Below are positions 28,046-37,641 of a stretch of 64,000 nt of DNA, in pieces. The translations under genes were made by a program, and so were the position numbers. Below the pieces are notes generated by a model. It saw nothing but the letters and a program-made list of their open reading frames with translations. It was not told the DNA's origin and did not search any database. Position 1 is the stretch's first letter. Every line of letters begins with the position of its first letter. Origin of the DNA: Minisyncoccia bacterium (GTDB lineage Bacteria > Patescibacteriota > Minisyncoccia > SW-4-49-11); NCBI GenBank assembly GCA_044356725.1, contig JBIKVS010000005.1:7876-71875 (forward strand). The letters run 5' to 3'.

Positions 28046-28125
28046 AGTTCAAAATAGGTAACTTCAATTGCAAATGTAGCACATTATTATAAAAATGTCA
28101 ATACTTATAAACTTAAATGTTTCCC

Positions 28126-31100
28126 TTACCTCATCACCTTATCCATCAAATGTTGATAGGTATCCACTACATCATATATTACAGAGTCATGTCCTAGAGC
28201 TTCAAAATGCTTTTTAGCATAGTCAATTTTTAATTTTTCCACCGTTTTGAGTTGCATACTACTCAAAGAACCTTTGGTCTCAGCAATAAAATAGATATGT
28301 TTAATATTTCTCTCATAGAATACTATTGCCCAATCTGGATTATAATTGCCAACTGGAGTCGGGATAAAGAATCCTCTTGGTAATTTTGCATAAACTAAAA
28401 CATTTTCATTGTTTTTTTCTAAATCATCAGCAAATCTATATTCAATTTCAGAATCTGTCTTAACATAAGAATAAATATGCCTCTTAACCTCTTGAATGTT
28501 TTTACCTAATTCACCTCTCAGATTATTGATAGTAAACACATCATCCTCATATATCTGACCTGTCTGATTATAAGTAATATGATTGATTAGAGTAGTAGCT
28601 TTTTGTTCTTGAATAATTCTTGAGACCTCTTTAATAAAGTGTTCTGGATTTTCTTGGAATAGCATAAATTTATGTGGACTAATCCTAGATAAAATTTTAG
28701 CTACGGTTTTTCGTGTAATATTAGCTTCTTTGGCAATTTCAGCTATTAAGTCATATTTCAAATCCCCCAAAACATTTTCTGCTTTATGCATTTGGGAAGA
28801 TAATTTAGTCATAGTAGTTTTGGTTTTTACATATTCAGTTCGTATTTCATTGACTTGCTCTCCTTTTGTCACTTGAATCATCACTCTTTGGACATTTAAC
28901 TCTCTATCAATAGCCTTTATGCTCACATCTACCAATTCTTCAGTATCAAAAGAAACCGTATAACTTGTTTTGACCTTCAATTTAGACCATAGATTTTGAA
29001 ACTCCTGTTTATAAAAGTTATCATTAGGCTTTATATTCTCTTCTTTAATATTTTGTTTTCTATCATTTTCTGTAGCTTTATAAACACTAGTATTGTATAC
29101 ACTCATCAGAATTTCAGCCAAATGCTCTTTATAAGGCTCTAAACTTTCAGGAACAGACCAATCTCCCGTACTAATACCTTGTACTAAAGTATCAGTAATA
29201 TGATAATTCTCATCAATATAATTTTCTTTGTTTAACTTCATAATTAAGTCCATAGCATCTTTAGAAGTCATAGTCATACTATCTTCACCATCTTTAGACT
29301 TTAGCAATTTACCTTCAAATAAAGGAACTTCTACTATAATTGGACGATGCGAGAGCGAGTCAAAAATTTCTCTTTGTAATTCATTGGCAAAAGTATCATA
29401 AGATTCATTAGCAATAATAGTCACCGTATTAACATCAAAAAATCTATCATCTAAGGCACTAAAATCCATTCTCTCCCCATATTGATTAACCGCAATTCTC
29501 AATCCTCGTCCAATTTCCTGCCTTTTAGAAATACTAGAACTGCTATGTCTCAAAGTACAAATTTGGAAAATATTAGGATTATCCCAACCCTCTCTCAAAG
29601 CAGAATGTGAGAAAATAAATCTAGTAGGTTCAGACAAACTCAATAATCTCTCTTTTTCCTTCATAATCAAGTTATAGGCATCAATATCATCACTCCCACC
29701 TTCGCTTTGTTTATCCTTAGAATCAATAGCTCGACCTTTTTTATCAATCGAAAAATACCCATTATGAATTTTAGAAACTTCCCATTGATTCAAATACTGC
29801 TCATATTCAGGAGCTAATAAATTCTGCTGAGACACCGCTCGGGTATATTCTCTTTCAAAAATTTCCTCATATTCAGAGCGAATAATATTCCCCGCCTCAT
29901 CATAAGCCCGATATTTAGACACTTCATCAATGAAAAACAAAGTCAAAACTTTAATCCCTAAAGCATACAATTCCTGCTCCTTCTCCAAATGCGAAGCAAT
30001 CGCCTCCCGAATTTGAATCGTACGAATATGTTTCTCATCAATATTCCCCATCACTTGTCCCACTTCCAAACTAACTCCATTAGTAAAGCTAACCGTATTA
30101 GTCAAAGCATTGATTTCCTTGACTACAAAACCTTGATACTGAGCTAATTCTCCAGAAATATCATACAAATTATCCCCTTCTCTAATTTTTTTCAAAACCT
30201 TTTTGATACCATTACCTTGTTTAGTCTCAATCTCCATCTGAATAGAAGCATTCGGATATTCTCTCGTGCTAATATTAATCCTATCCAAAAATAGATAACT
30301 ATTGGTACCAGTACTTCCCTTCGCCTCAATTCCCTTGACCCGAATTTTCTTCACCAACTTTTTATTATAGGCATCAATCGCATCCAGCCGATAAATTTTA
30401 TTAAATTCCTCTTTGTGAGTAGCACTATATCTGACAATAAATAAAGGACTAAACTCCTGCAACATAGACTCGGCAGTTTTCCCAAATCTCTGTGGTTCAT
30501 CAATAATCAAAATCGGATTAGTCTTGCGAATCAAATCAATTGGTTTTTCGGAATTAAGAGCGTCAATTTCTTGAAAAATCTTCCTATTATCCTTACCTCT
30601 ACTCCCAAAAGCCTGATAATTCATCACAATAACCTCAATCTCACTACTTTGGACAAATTTTTTAATATTCACCAGATTAGATGAATTCTTAGTATCATAA
30701 GCAAAATAACGAAGCTTTTTGCCATATAATTCTTGAAAATGATCCGATGTAATCTGAAGTGACTTCAAAACCCCCTCCCGAATTGCAATAGACGGCACCA
30801 TAATAATAAATTTATTCCAGCCATAAGCTCGATTTAATTCAAACATAGACTTGGTATAGACATAAGTCTTACCTGTACCCGTCTCCATCTCAACTGTAAA
30901 ATTATAGCCACCTTCCAGTTTTTGACTCACTGGTAAACCTTGCTCTTTTTGAATTTTTTGGAGATTAGATAAAAGTTTAGAATAATCCAAATCTAACCTT
31001 CTATTCGCAAACATATACTCATCCACCCATTGCTGGTCTAATTGTCCTTTATTATATAATTCCCGACCTAAGACTTGCTTCCCAGACTCTTTATTCTGCC

Positions 31101-31170
31101 CATCAAAAACCCTAATCAAAGCCTCTGTCGCTTCTATTTGGTATTGTTGTTGTTTGAAATGCAGTTTCAT
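28126..31170 (-). CDS. res: Type III restriction enzyme Res subunit (helicase + PD-(D/E)xK endonuclease)
   Basis: TGTGKTYVY (motif I), IIDEPQRF (motif II), C-terminal PDWAIVF...IYFIAETKG nuclease motif. 1014 aa. Confidence 0.8.
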   Translation of the reverse strand: MKLHFKQQQYQIEATEALIRVFDGQNKESGKQVLGRELYNKGQLDQQWVDEYMFANRRLDLDYSKLLSNLQKIQKEQGLPVSQKLEGGYNFTVEMETGTGKTYVYTKSMFELNRAYGWNKFIIMVPSIAIREGVLKSLQITSDHFQELYGKKLRYFAYDTKNSSNLVNIKKFVQSSEIEVIVMNYQAFGSRGKDNRKIFQEIDALNSEKPIDLIRKTNPILIIDEPQRFGKTAESMLQEFSPLFIVRYSATHKEEFNKIYRLDAIDAYNKKLVKKIRVKGIEAKGSTGTNSYLFLDRINISTREYPNASIQMEIETKQGNGIKKVLKKIREGDNLYDISGELAQYQGFVVKEINALTNTVSFTNGVSLEVGQVMGNIDEKHIRTIQIREAIASHLEKEQELYALGIKVLTLFFIDEVSKYRAYDEAGNIIRSEYEEIFEREYTRAVSQQNLLAPEYEQYLNQWEVSKIHNGYFSIDKKGRAIDSKDKQSEGGSDDIDAYNLIMKEKERLLSLSEPTRFIFSHSALREGWDNPNIFQICTLRHSSSSISKRQEIGRGLRIAVNQYGERMDFSALDDRFFDVNTVTIIANESYDTFANELQREIFDSLSHRPIIVEVPLFEGKLLKSKDGEDSMTMTSKDAMDLIMKLNKENYIDENYHITDTLVQGISTGDWSVPESLEPYKEHLAEILMSVYNTSVYKATENDRKQNIKEENIKPNDNFYKQEFQNLWSKLKVKTSYTVSFDTEELVDVSIKAIDRELNVQRVMIQVTKGEQVNEIRTEYVKTKTTMTKLSSQMHKAENVLGDLKYDLIAEIAKEANITRKTVAKILSRISPHKFMLFQENPEHFIKEVSRIIQEQKATTLINHITYNQTGQIYEDDVFTINNLRGELGKNIQEVKRHIYSYVKTDSEIEYRFADDLEKNNENVLVYAKLPRGFFIPTPVGNYNPDWAIVFYERNIKHIYFIAETKGSLSSMQLKTVEKLKIDYAKKHFEALGHDSVIYDVVDTYQHLMDKVMR

Positions 31171-31178
31171 ATAATCAG

Positions 31179-33116
31179 CTATATCACTATTATCTTAGTC
31201 TCTCTCGGAGATAAAGTCTTAAAACTAGTATCCAATTGAATGCGGTCATTCTCATTGGCAAAACTACTATCTCTGAATACAGCTGTATCAGCTCCTAGCT
31301 TAGCTAAATCATCTACAATACTAATATCCAAAACAGGATCCACACAAATAATCAAATCATTCTCCCCTACTATATAGACAGTATTCTGCTTGTACTTCAT
31401 ACTCTTAATTGGTAAATCCAAAGTCAAAGCCTTATCTAATAAAATATGAATCAAAAGATCCTCCCCCGAACGGTCAGCCTTAATTGTATCCACCAATTGC
31501 ATCAAATCTTGTTGTTTGATATTAGCTGGATGTAGCCTGATATCTTTCATATTACTGCTATCCACTCGAAAAGCTCTAAACCCAATATCCAACTCTGATG
31601 TAGTCTGGTCAGTTGTATTATCTTGTCCTCCTTTGGAGGAGGTGACCTTTAGGTCGGAGGAGGACTGCTTGGATTTCAAATCAGCTACAATCTTCTCCCC
31701 TGCTCGGCGAATTCGCTCACGAGATAATTCCGCAATAGTCTTATACCCAGCCTTATAAGCCTCTGACTTCTCATCGGTCTCCTCATCTAATTGCACCATT
31801 ATAAATTTACGATTACCAGCATCCTCAGCATTCAGTTGCATTACCGCATGAGCCGTAGTCCCAGATCCAGCGAAGAAGTCAAGGATAATGTCATTTGAAA
31901 AGGTTGATGTTTCTATAATCTTTTTGAGTAAAATAATAGGTTTAGGATAAGAAAATTCTACATTTGCACCCATTAAAATCTCAAAGTCTTTTCTACCATT
32001 TGTTGTTCCACCATAATTTAAAATTGACAATAAAAAAGCTGTTCTTCTTTCATCTGTTGGTATTATTAATCTAGGTTGTTTATGCCCATCACTTCCCCAG
32101 TATATTAAATCTTGTTCTATCAATTTATCAATTTCCTCTTTACTCCATTTCCATTGTCTCGTAAATTCATCGCCACTGTTATTTTTTATAGTAAAATAAT
32201 TTTTATGATCTATTTTTTCATTCTCTAAATTAACTGCAAGATTAGCTGTTTGCAACTCATTTTCTCTACCAACTAAAGGTTCTTTGATTTTACTAAACTG
32301 TATATTATTATAATTTCTATAGACACATAAAATATATTCATGAATTCTTCTTGTTGTAGATGTTTGTTTTAATGTTCCTGATGAACCTTCTGCCTCTTTA
32401 TTCCATATTAAGGTCTCCACATTCTCCTCCCCAAATATCTCATCACAGATTTTCCTTAGATTATGGACTTCATTATCATCTATGGAGATGAATATTACTC
32501 CATCTTCTCGGAGTAAGTCTCTGGCAATATGTAATCGTTCATACATCATAGATAGCCAATCGCTATGATATCTAGGGTTAGTTTTGAAATTCTCTTTGAA
32601 TAATTTATTTTTCTCCTCATCGTATTGACCGATTTTTTCGGCATATTCTGACTTATTTATGGTGAATTTATCCGAGTAAACAAAGTCTTTACCAGTATTA
32701 TAAGGTGGATCAATATAAATCATTTTGATTTTGCCAAGATAAGATTCTTGTAGGATTTTGAGAGCTTTGAAATTATCTCCTTCGATAAAGATATTCTGAG
32801 TATTTTCCCAATTCTTACTATTAGCTATATCTGGTCTTAAGGTCTCGGTGATAGGAGTATTAGCTTTGAGTAAAGAGGCTTTTTTACCTGGCCAATCTAG
32901 ATGATATTTTTCTCTTGGACCATCTACTAATTCTTTGGATAATAGTTGTTTTAATAAATCAAAGTCTACACCTTTAGTGATATTCCCCGCTTCATCCTCT
33001 TTTTCTATAATTACATTTGGAAAAATTGCACTGATTTTATCTATATTAAGATTAGTCAAATCCTTAGTCTGAGACTTCAGATTTAGTTTATCAAACTCCA
33101 CCTTCTCCTTTGCCAT
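31179..33116 (-). CDS. mod: Type III R-M Mod subunit (beta-class N6-adenine DNA methyltransferase)
   Basis: IYIDPPYNTG (motif IV) precedes ILDFFAGSGTT (motif I). The IV-then-I order is typical of Mod. Immediately upstream of res. Confidence 0.8.
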   Translation of the reverse strand: MAKEKVEFDKLNLKSQTKDLTNLNIDKISAIFPNVIIEKEDEAGNITKGVDFDLLKQLLSKELVDGPREKYHLDWPGKKASLLKANTPITETLRPDIANSKNWENTQNIFIEGDNFKALKILQESYLGKIKMIYIDPPYNTGKDFVYSDKFTINKSEYAEKIGQYDEEKNKLFKENFKTNPRYHSDWLSMMYERLHIARDLLREDGVIFISIDDNEVHNLRKICDEIFGEENVETLIWNKEAEGSSGTLKQTSTTRRIHEYILCVYRNYNNIQFSKIKEPLVGRENELQTANLAVNLENEKIDHKNYFTIKNNSGDEFTRQWKWSKEEIDKLIEQDLIYWGSDGHKQPRLIIPTDERRTAFLLSILNYGGTTNGRKDFEILMGANVEFSYPKPIILLKKIIETSTFSNDIILDFFAGSGTTAHAVMQLNAEDAGNRKFIMVQLDEETDEKSEAYKAGYKTIAELSRERIRRAGEKIVADLKSKQSSSDLKVTSSKGGQDNTTDQTTSELDIGFRAFRVDSSNMKDIRLHPANIKQQDLMQLVDTIKADRSGEDLLIHILLDKALTLDLPIKSMKYKQNTVYIVGENDLIICVDPVLDISIVDDLAKLGADTAVFRDSSFANENDRIQLDTSFKTLSPRETKIIVI

Positions 33117-33265
33117 AAGTTTACTGATTTTATGATTTAGCTATATATTGTATTATATCATATTATTATGTTTTTAATATAAAAATTATCTTATATTGAT
33201 AAAAGTTGAATAATTATGTAATATGTATTTAGGATATTAGATAGCAAATAATTAAATTCAATATT

Positions 33266-36200
33266 ATGGAAAATGAAAGATATTTTAGATCACAAACTGA
33301 AGAAGAAATAAAGGAATTTGATGAACTACAAGCTAAGAAAGATGAGATAATTCTATTATTGAAAAGTGGTGATATTGAGGGAGTAAAACAAATTCAGCAG
33401 GAATTTGCTCTGTCTGATGACATTATGCAATCACCAGAAGTTCAAGAAGCTGCAATAGAAGGGTTTATTGATAACTTAAAATATGCTGAGATTAGGAGTG
33501 CAAAAGAAATTCAGCAGGAATTTTCTATCTCTGATGAGATACTACAGTCTTCCGAAGTCCAAGAAGCCGCTAAGGAAGGGATAATTTATAGATTAAAAAA
33601 GGGTAATATTGATACAGTAAAAAAAATAAAAGAAGAATTTTCTATATCGGAGGAAATAATACAATCTCCAGAAGTCCAAGAAGCCGCTAAGGAAGCGATA
33701 ATTTATAGATTAAAAAATGGAGATATTAGGAGTGCAAAAGAAATTCAGCAGGAATTTTCTATCTCTGATGAGATAGTCCAAGAAACTGCAATAGAAGGGT
33801 TTATTGATAACTTAAAATATGCTGAGATTAGGAGTGCAAAAGAAATTCAGCAGGAATTTTCTATCTCTGATGAGATACTACAGTCTTCCGAAGTCCAAGA
33901 AGCTGCTGTAAAAGGGATAATATTTATTTTACAGCAGGGTGATATTTATACAGTAAAAGAAATAAAAGAAGAATTTTCTATATCGGAGGAAATAATACAA
34001 TCTCCAGAAGTCCAAGAAGCTGCTGTAAAAGGGATAATATTTATTTTACAGCAGGGTGATATTTATACAGTAAAAGAAATAAAAGAAGAATTTTCTATAT
34101 CGGAGGAAATAATACAATCTCCAGAAGTCCAAGAAGCTGCTGTAAAAGGGATAATATTTATTTTACAGCATGGTAATATCGATAAAGCTAAAGAAATAAA
34201 AGAAGAGTTTAGTATATCAGAAGAGATAAGCCAGTCTCCAGAAGTCCAAGAAGCTGCTATAAAAGGAATAATATTTATTTTACAGTATGGTAATATCGAT
34301 AAAGCTAAAGAAATAAAAGAAGAGTTTAGTATATCAGAAGAGATAAGCCAGTCTCCAGAAGTCCAAGAAGCTGCTATAAAAGGAATAATATCTCTTTTGA
34401 AGATATATATGTTGGAGGAATATCCCCATGCAGCTATCGGAATAACTAGAGAAATAATAGATGAATTTAATGTATCAGAAGAGATAATACAACAAACTCC
34501 TAAAATTCAAGAAGTAGCGAAAGAAGGAATTATTTCCCAATTGAAGAGAGGAGATATTGAGATAGCTAAAAAAATACAGGAGGTATTTTTTGTTCCAATT
34601 GGAGAGGATATGAAAAATATGATTGAAATGAGTACACTATTTTCTACCTCTACAACCACTTCTTTTCAAACAATATCCATTAATTTAGATACTTATACAG
34701 AAGAACAATTAGCAACAATGTGGTCAAAAGCTCAAGAGTATGAATCTTGGGAAGATGAACATACTGTAAAAGCTCCCTTTGAGGCAGGTGTTGAAATATT
34801 TGGATATAAAAGAATGTTGCAGTATATAAAACGAGAAGGTTTAAGTCTTCATGATGCGGTGCATACTTTTGAGGGTGTTATTGACTTATACAATGTATCT
34901 GAGCTTGGCGAATCTGAATTTTATGGACACATTCTTCAGCAAGTTATGATGGATACCCGTGAATACGATGAAGGAAATGCACATCAACACTTTAATAGAA
35001 TTGTACAAACTATGAATAAAGATATTGCTGGAGTTTTGTCAAAAGCTGAGCAATATAATGAAGTCCAAAGATTACAAGATTTGATCTTATATTTTAATAA
35101 TCCTCAAGCAGTTTTTTCTTCTTGGAGTGATTTAAAAAGATATAGTGAGATTGAGCAGTTACTTGGACAAACCGAAATCTTAGATGAGCTAAAAGCATTA
35201 AAAGCAGAGGGAAAAGAAAAATTATATACTTATATTGAGACCCTTGCCTTCCACCCAGATAGTAAAGTTAATATGCAATCAGTTATGCAATTTTGGCGCG
35301 ACCCAGATGCATTTTTAGCAGCAGATGCTTCACATACCCCATATGAAATTCATAATAGAAAAAAGCCATCAAATTATATTGATATACCTAATTTAGATTT
35401 AACAGCATCAGAACTTAGAGATGCTTTGGTTGAGGGCAAGATGGATGGACTCTCTGTATTTACCCCATTAGAAATACGTTATACTATTCCTATAGAAGAT
35501 ATAAAATCTGAACCATTTCCAGATTTAGTCAATAAAGCACTCGGGTCAAGTAAAAAAGGTATTGCAGGAGAAGCAAGGAATCCACGTAAATTATTTAATG
35601 AGCTTGGGAAATTACTCAAACCTCATGGGGTAGGAGTGATTGAATATATTCAAGGACAATCATTACCAGAAGATATACATATTGATCAACAAATTCAAGA
35701 TTTGCTATATAATCCTGAATTTGGTATGAAAAAGTTAGAAGTTAAAGCAAGAGATTTTATAGCAAAAATAAGTCAGAAAAGTGATCCTGAAGGAGCAATA
35801 GCGGGAGATGATACTGTTAACTGTATGCCTTTTGGAGATGGCAAAAATACCTTATATACATTTAACCCAAATACTTCACAATTTGTAATTAGAGCGGTTA
35901 AGGGTGATGGAAAAGAAAGGACTATAGCTCAAAGTGTGTTGACAAAAGATATTGATGTACAAAAACCAGTCCCATATATTACACAACAATTAGAGCATAC
36001 GGGTGGACATCTTGAAAGTGTGTTATCTGAAAATCTTGTAATAAATGCTCCTGTTTATCTTGCTTGTGATAATATTGAAGTAGCTCCAAATTATTCTGAT
36101 GAAAGATATAAGCAAATTATTGAGGCAATATATAAAGATTTCTTTAGAGAGTATATGACTAAATACTCATCAACTCAAAACTTAGACCCTACTAAGGTTC

Positions 36201-36973
36201 CTATAGGAATGGGTTATACCGATGCTCTTAGTACATTACAAACAGAATCTAATACCTTTATCCCACAAGCTCCTGTGAGTTATTCAGACAAAACAGGAGA
36301 ATATGTATATACACTTGATCTTAGAAATGAAGAAAATTTAAATCTTATCTTAAATAAAGCGGTGCAAGAAACAGAAGTGGAAGCTCAGGGAGAAGTCCCT
36401 ATTCCTAACATAAAAGGATTAGATTACTTAACATTTGAGGATACACTTAAAGCCTCATATCTTGAGGGCAAAGCATATTCAGATAATCAAGGACTTATGC
36501 AGTTTTTAGCTAATATGGAAAATAGTTTAATTGCCAAAGACATAAATAATGCAGCTAAAGATAGACCTAATATGAGTCTTAAATATACAGATGAGGCTGG
36601 ACGAATTAAAGGCTATATGCTTTCCTGGGAGGGACATTTAAATGATAGAAATATTCAATACGATATGCCAAATTTATCTAATGAACCTTGTATTTATATT
36701 ATGGATCTTGCAACAGATTTAGAAAGTAGTATGGCTGGGGGGAGGTTGATACAAGGTTTTATAGAGTTGTATAGACAGAATTATCTCGATAAAGGAAATC
36801 TTATGCCAATTTTCACTCAAGCAAGGGAAGCTACTTCATATAAAATTATAAAAAAACAGTTAGATAGATTAGGTCAAAGTACTGGATTTGCTTTTGAACT
36901 GGTAGAATTACCTACATATAAAGTTGGAGATGATGTAATGTATCCTGTTATTATAAGTCCAGTCTCAACATAA
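33266..36973 (+). CDS. large repeat-containing protein (about ten 39-aa tandem repeats plus an 800-aa C-terminal domain of unknown function)
   Basis: Repeat unit EFSISEEIIQSPEVQEAAVKGIIFILQQGDIYTVKEIKE. 1235-aa ORF. Confidence 0.55.
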   Translation: MENERYFRSQTEEEIKEFDELQAKKDEIILLLKSGDIEGVKQIQQEFALSDDIMQSPEVQEAAIEGFIDNLKYAEIRSAKEIQQEFSISDEILQSSEVQEAAKEGIIYRLKKGNIDTVKKIKEEFSISEEIIQSPEVQEAAKEAIIYRLKNGDIRSAKEIQQEFSISDEIVQETAIEGFIDNLKYAEIRSAKEIQQEFSISDEILQSSEVQEAAVKGIIFILQQGDIYTVKEIKEEFSISEEIIQSPEVQEAAVKGIIFILQQGDIYTVKEIKEEFSISEEIIQSPEVQEAAVKGIIFILQHGNIDKAKEIKEEFSISEEISQSPEVQEAAIKGIIFILQYGNIDKAKEIKEEFSISEEISQSPEVQEAAIKGIISLLKIYMLEEYPHAAIGITREIIDEFNVSEEIIQQTPKIQEVAKEGIISQLKRGDIEIAKKIQEVFFVPIGEDMKNMIEMSTLFSTSTTTSFQTISINLDTYTEEQLATMWSKAQEYESWEDEHTVKAPFEAGVEIFGYKRMLQYIKREGLSLHDAVHTFEGVIDLYNVSELGESEFYGHILQQVMMDTREYDEGNAHQHFNRIVQTMNKDIAGVLSKAEQYNEVQRLQDLILYFNNPQAVFSSWSDLKRYSEIEQLLGQTEILDELKALKAEGKEKLYTYIETLAFHPDSKVNMQSVMQFWRDPDAFLAADASHTPYEIHNRKKPSNYIDIPNLDLTASELRDALVEGKMDGLSVFTPLEIRYTIPIEDIKSEPFPDLVNKALGSSKKGIAGEARNPRKLFNELGKLLKPHGVGVIEYIQGQSLPEDIHIDQQIQDLLYNPEFGMKKLEVKARDFIAKISQKSDPEGAIAGDDTVNCMPFGDGKNTLYTFNPNTSQFVIRAVKGDGKERTIAQSVLTKDIDVQKPVPYITQQLEHTGGHLESVLSENLVINAPVYLACDNIEVAPNYSDERYKQIIEAIYKDFFREYMTKYSSTQNLDPTKVPIGMGYTDALSTLQTESNTFIPQAPVSYSDKTGEYVYTLDLRNEENLNLILNKAVQETEVEAQGEVPIPNIKGLDYLTFEDTLKASYLEGKAYSDNQGLMQFLANMENSLIAKDINNAAKDRPNMSLKYTDEAGRIKGYMLSWEGHLNDRNIQYDMPNLSNEPCIYIMDLATDLESSMAGGRLIQGFIELYRQNYLDKGNLMPIFTQAREATSYKIIKKQLDRLGQSTGFAFELVELPTYKVGDDVMYPVIISPVST
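33420..34560 (+). repeat. 117-bp tandem repeat array inside the CDS (some adjacent units identical)
   Basis: 33901-34017 is identical to 34018-34134. The flanking units are progressively diverged. Confidence 0.8.
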
Positions 36974-37016
36974 GTCTGCATTTAATGGTTATAATTTACA
37001 GGGAGATGTTTATTTG

Positions 37017-37637
37017 TTATAGATAACCACTATACTCCTTCTCTAATTTTCTTAATTGTTGATTTAATTCTATTCTACGGTTTAATTGGACTTCTTTACT
37101 GATTTGACTTTTTAGTTTATTGATTTCTTTTTCTAATTTTATCTTAGCTTTATGTGTATTTACTAATTCTTGTAAATTGCTCTTAGTTTGGGTAAGTGGT
37201 ATGAATTTTTTGACTAGATTTTCGTATATAATTTCTAGATTATGTCCTATAAAATTGAATTCCATTTGTTGATTCCATACACTATAATAAATGTCTCGCT
37301 CTTGTGTGGTTTTTAGGTTAATTGCATAACAATAATCTGTATCTTGATAAGTTATATAAAATAATATGGGATATGGGATGGATTTATCTATAATTTGTAA
37401 TATTTCTTTTGGGAATATTTTTTGCTTAAGTTCAATTTGAAATATTTGGATTTCTTCTATTTTTAGGGTAGCTGGGACTTGTATTGTATGTGGTGAAATT
37501 GTATGTAATATTTTAATTCTTTCAATATTATGAGTGAACGCTTCTTTGTGTTTTGTATTCAAATTATACCTTTTATAGAAGGCGTTTTTGGGTATTACAC
37601 GATTGACTTTGGTACTATTTGGTAAGTTAAAGTCCAT
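37017..37637 (-). CDS. small protein with C-terminal coiled coil (possibly DUF4391-like), partner of the downstream SNF2 gene
   Basis: 206 aa. The start lies 5 bp after the SNF2 gene stop. C-terminus KAKIKLEKEINKLKSQISKEVQLNRRIELNQQLRKLEKEY. Confidence 0.35.
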   Translation of the reverse strand: MDFNLPNSTKVNRVIPKNAFYKRYNLNTKHKEAFTHNIERIKILHTISPHTIQVPATLKIEEIQIFQIELKQKIFPKEILQIIDKSIPYPILFYITYQDTDYCYAINLKTTQERDIYYSVWNQQMEFNFIGHNLEIIYENLVKKFIPLTQTKSNLQELVNTHKAKIKLEKEINKLKSQISKEVQLNRRIELNQQLRKLEKEYSGYL

Positions 37638-37641
37638 AGAT

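Noticed and set aside
27716-28092. Overlapping ORFs 27716-28057(+), 27838-28092(+) and 27867-28082(-)
   Set aside because: All lie in the same 400-bp GC-rich patch. Only the minus-strand 27743-28045 ORF has a protein-like hydropathy profile and a downstream terminator, and the others are GC-induced open frames.
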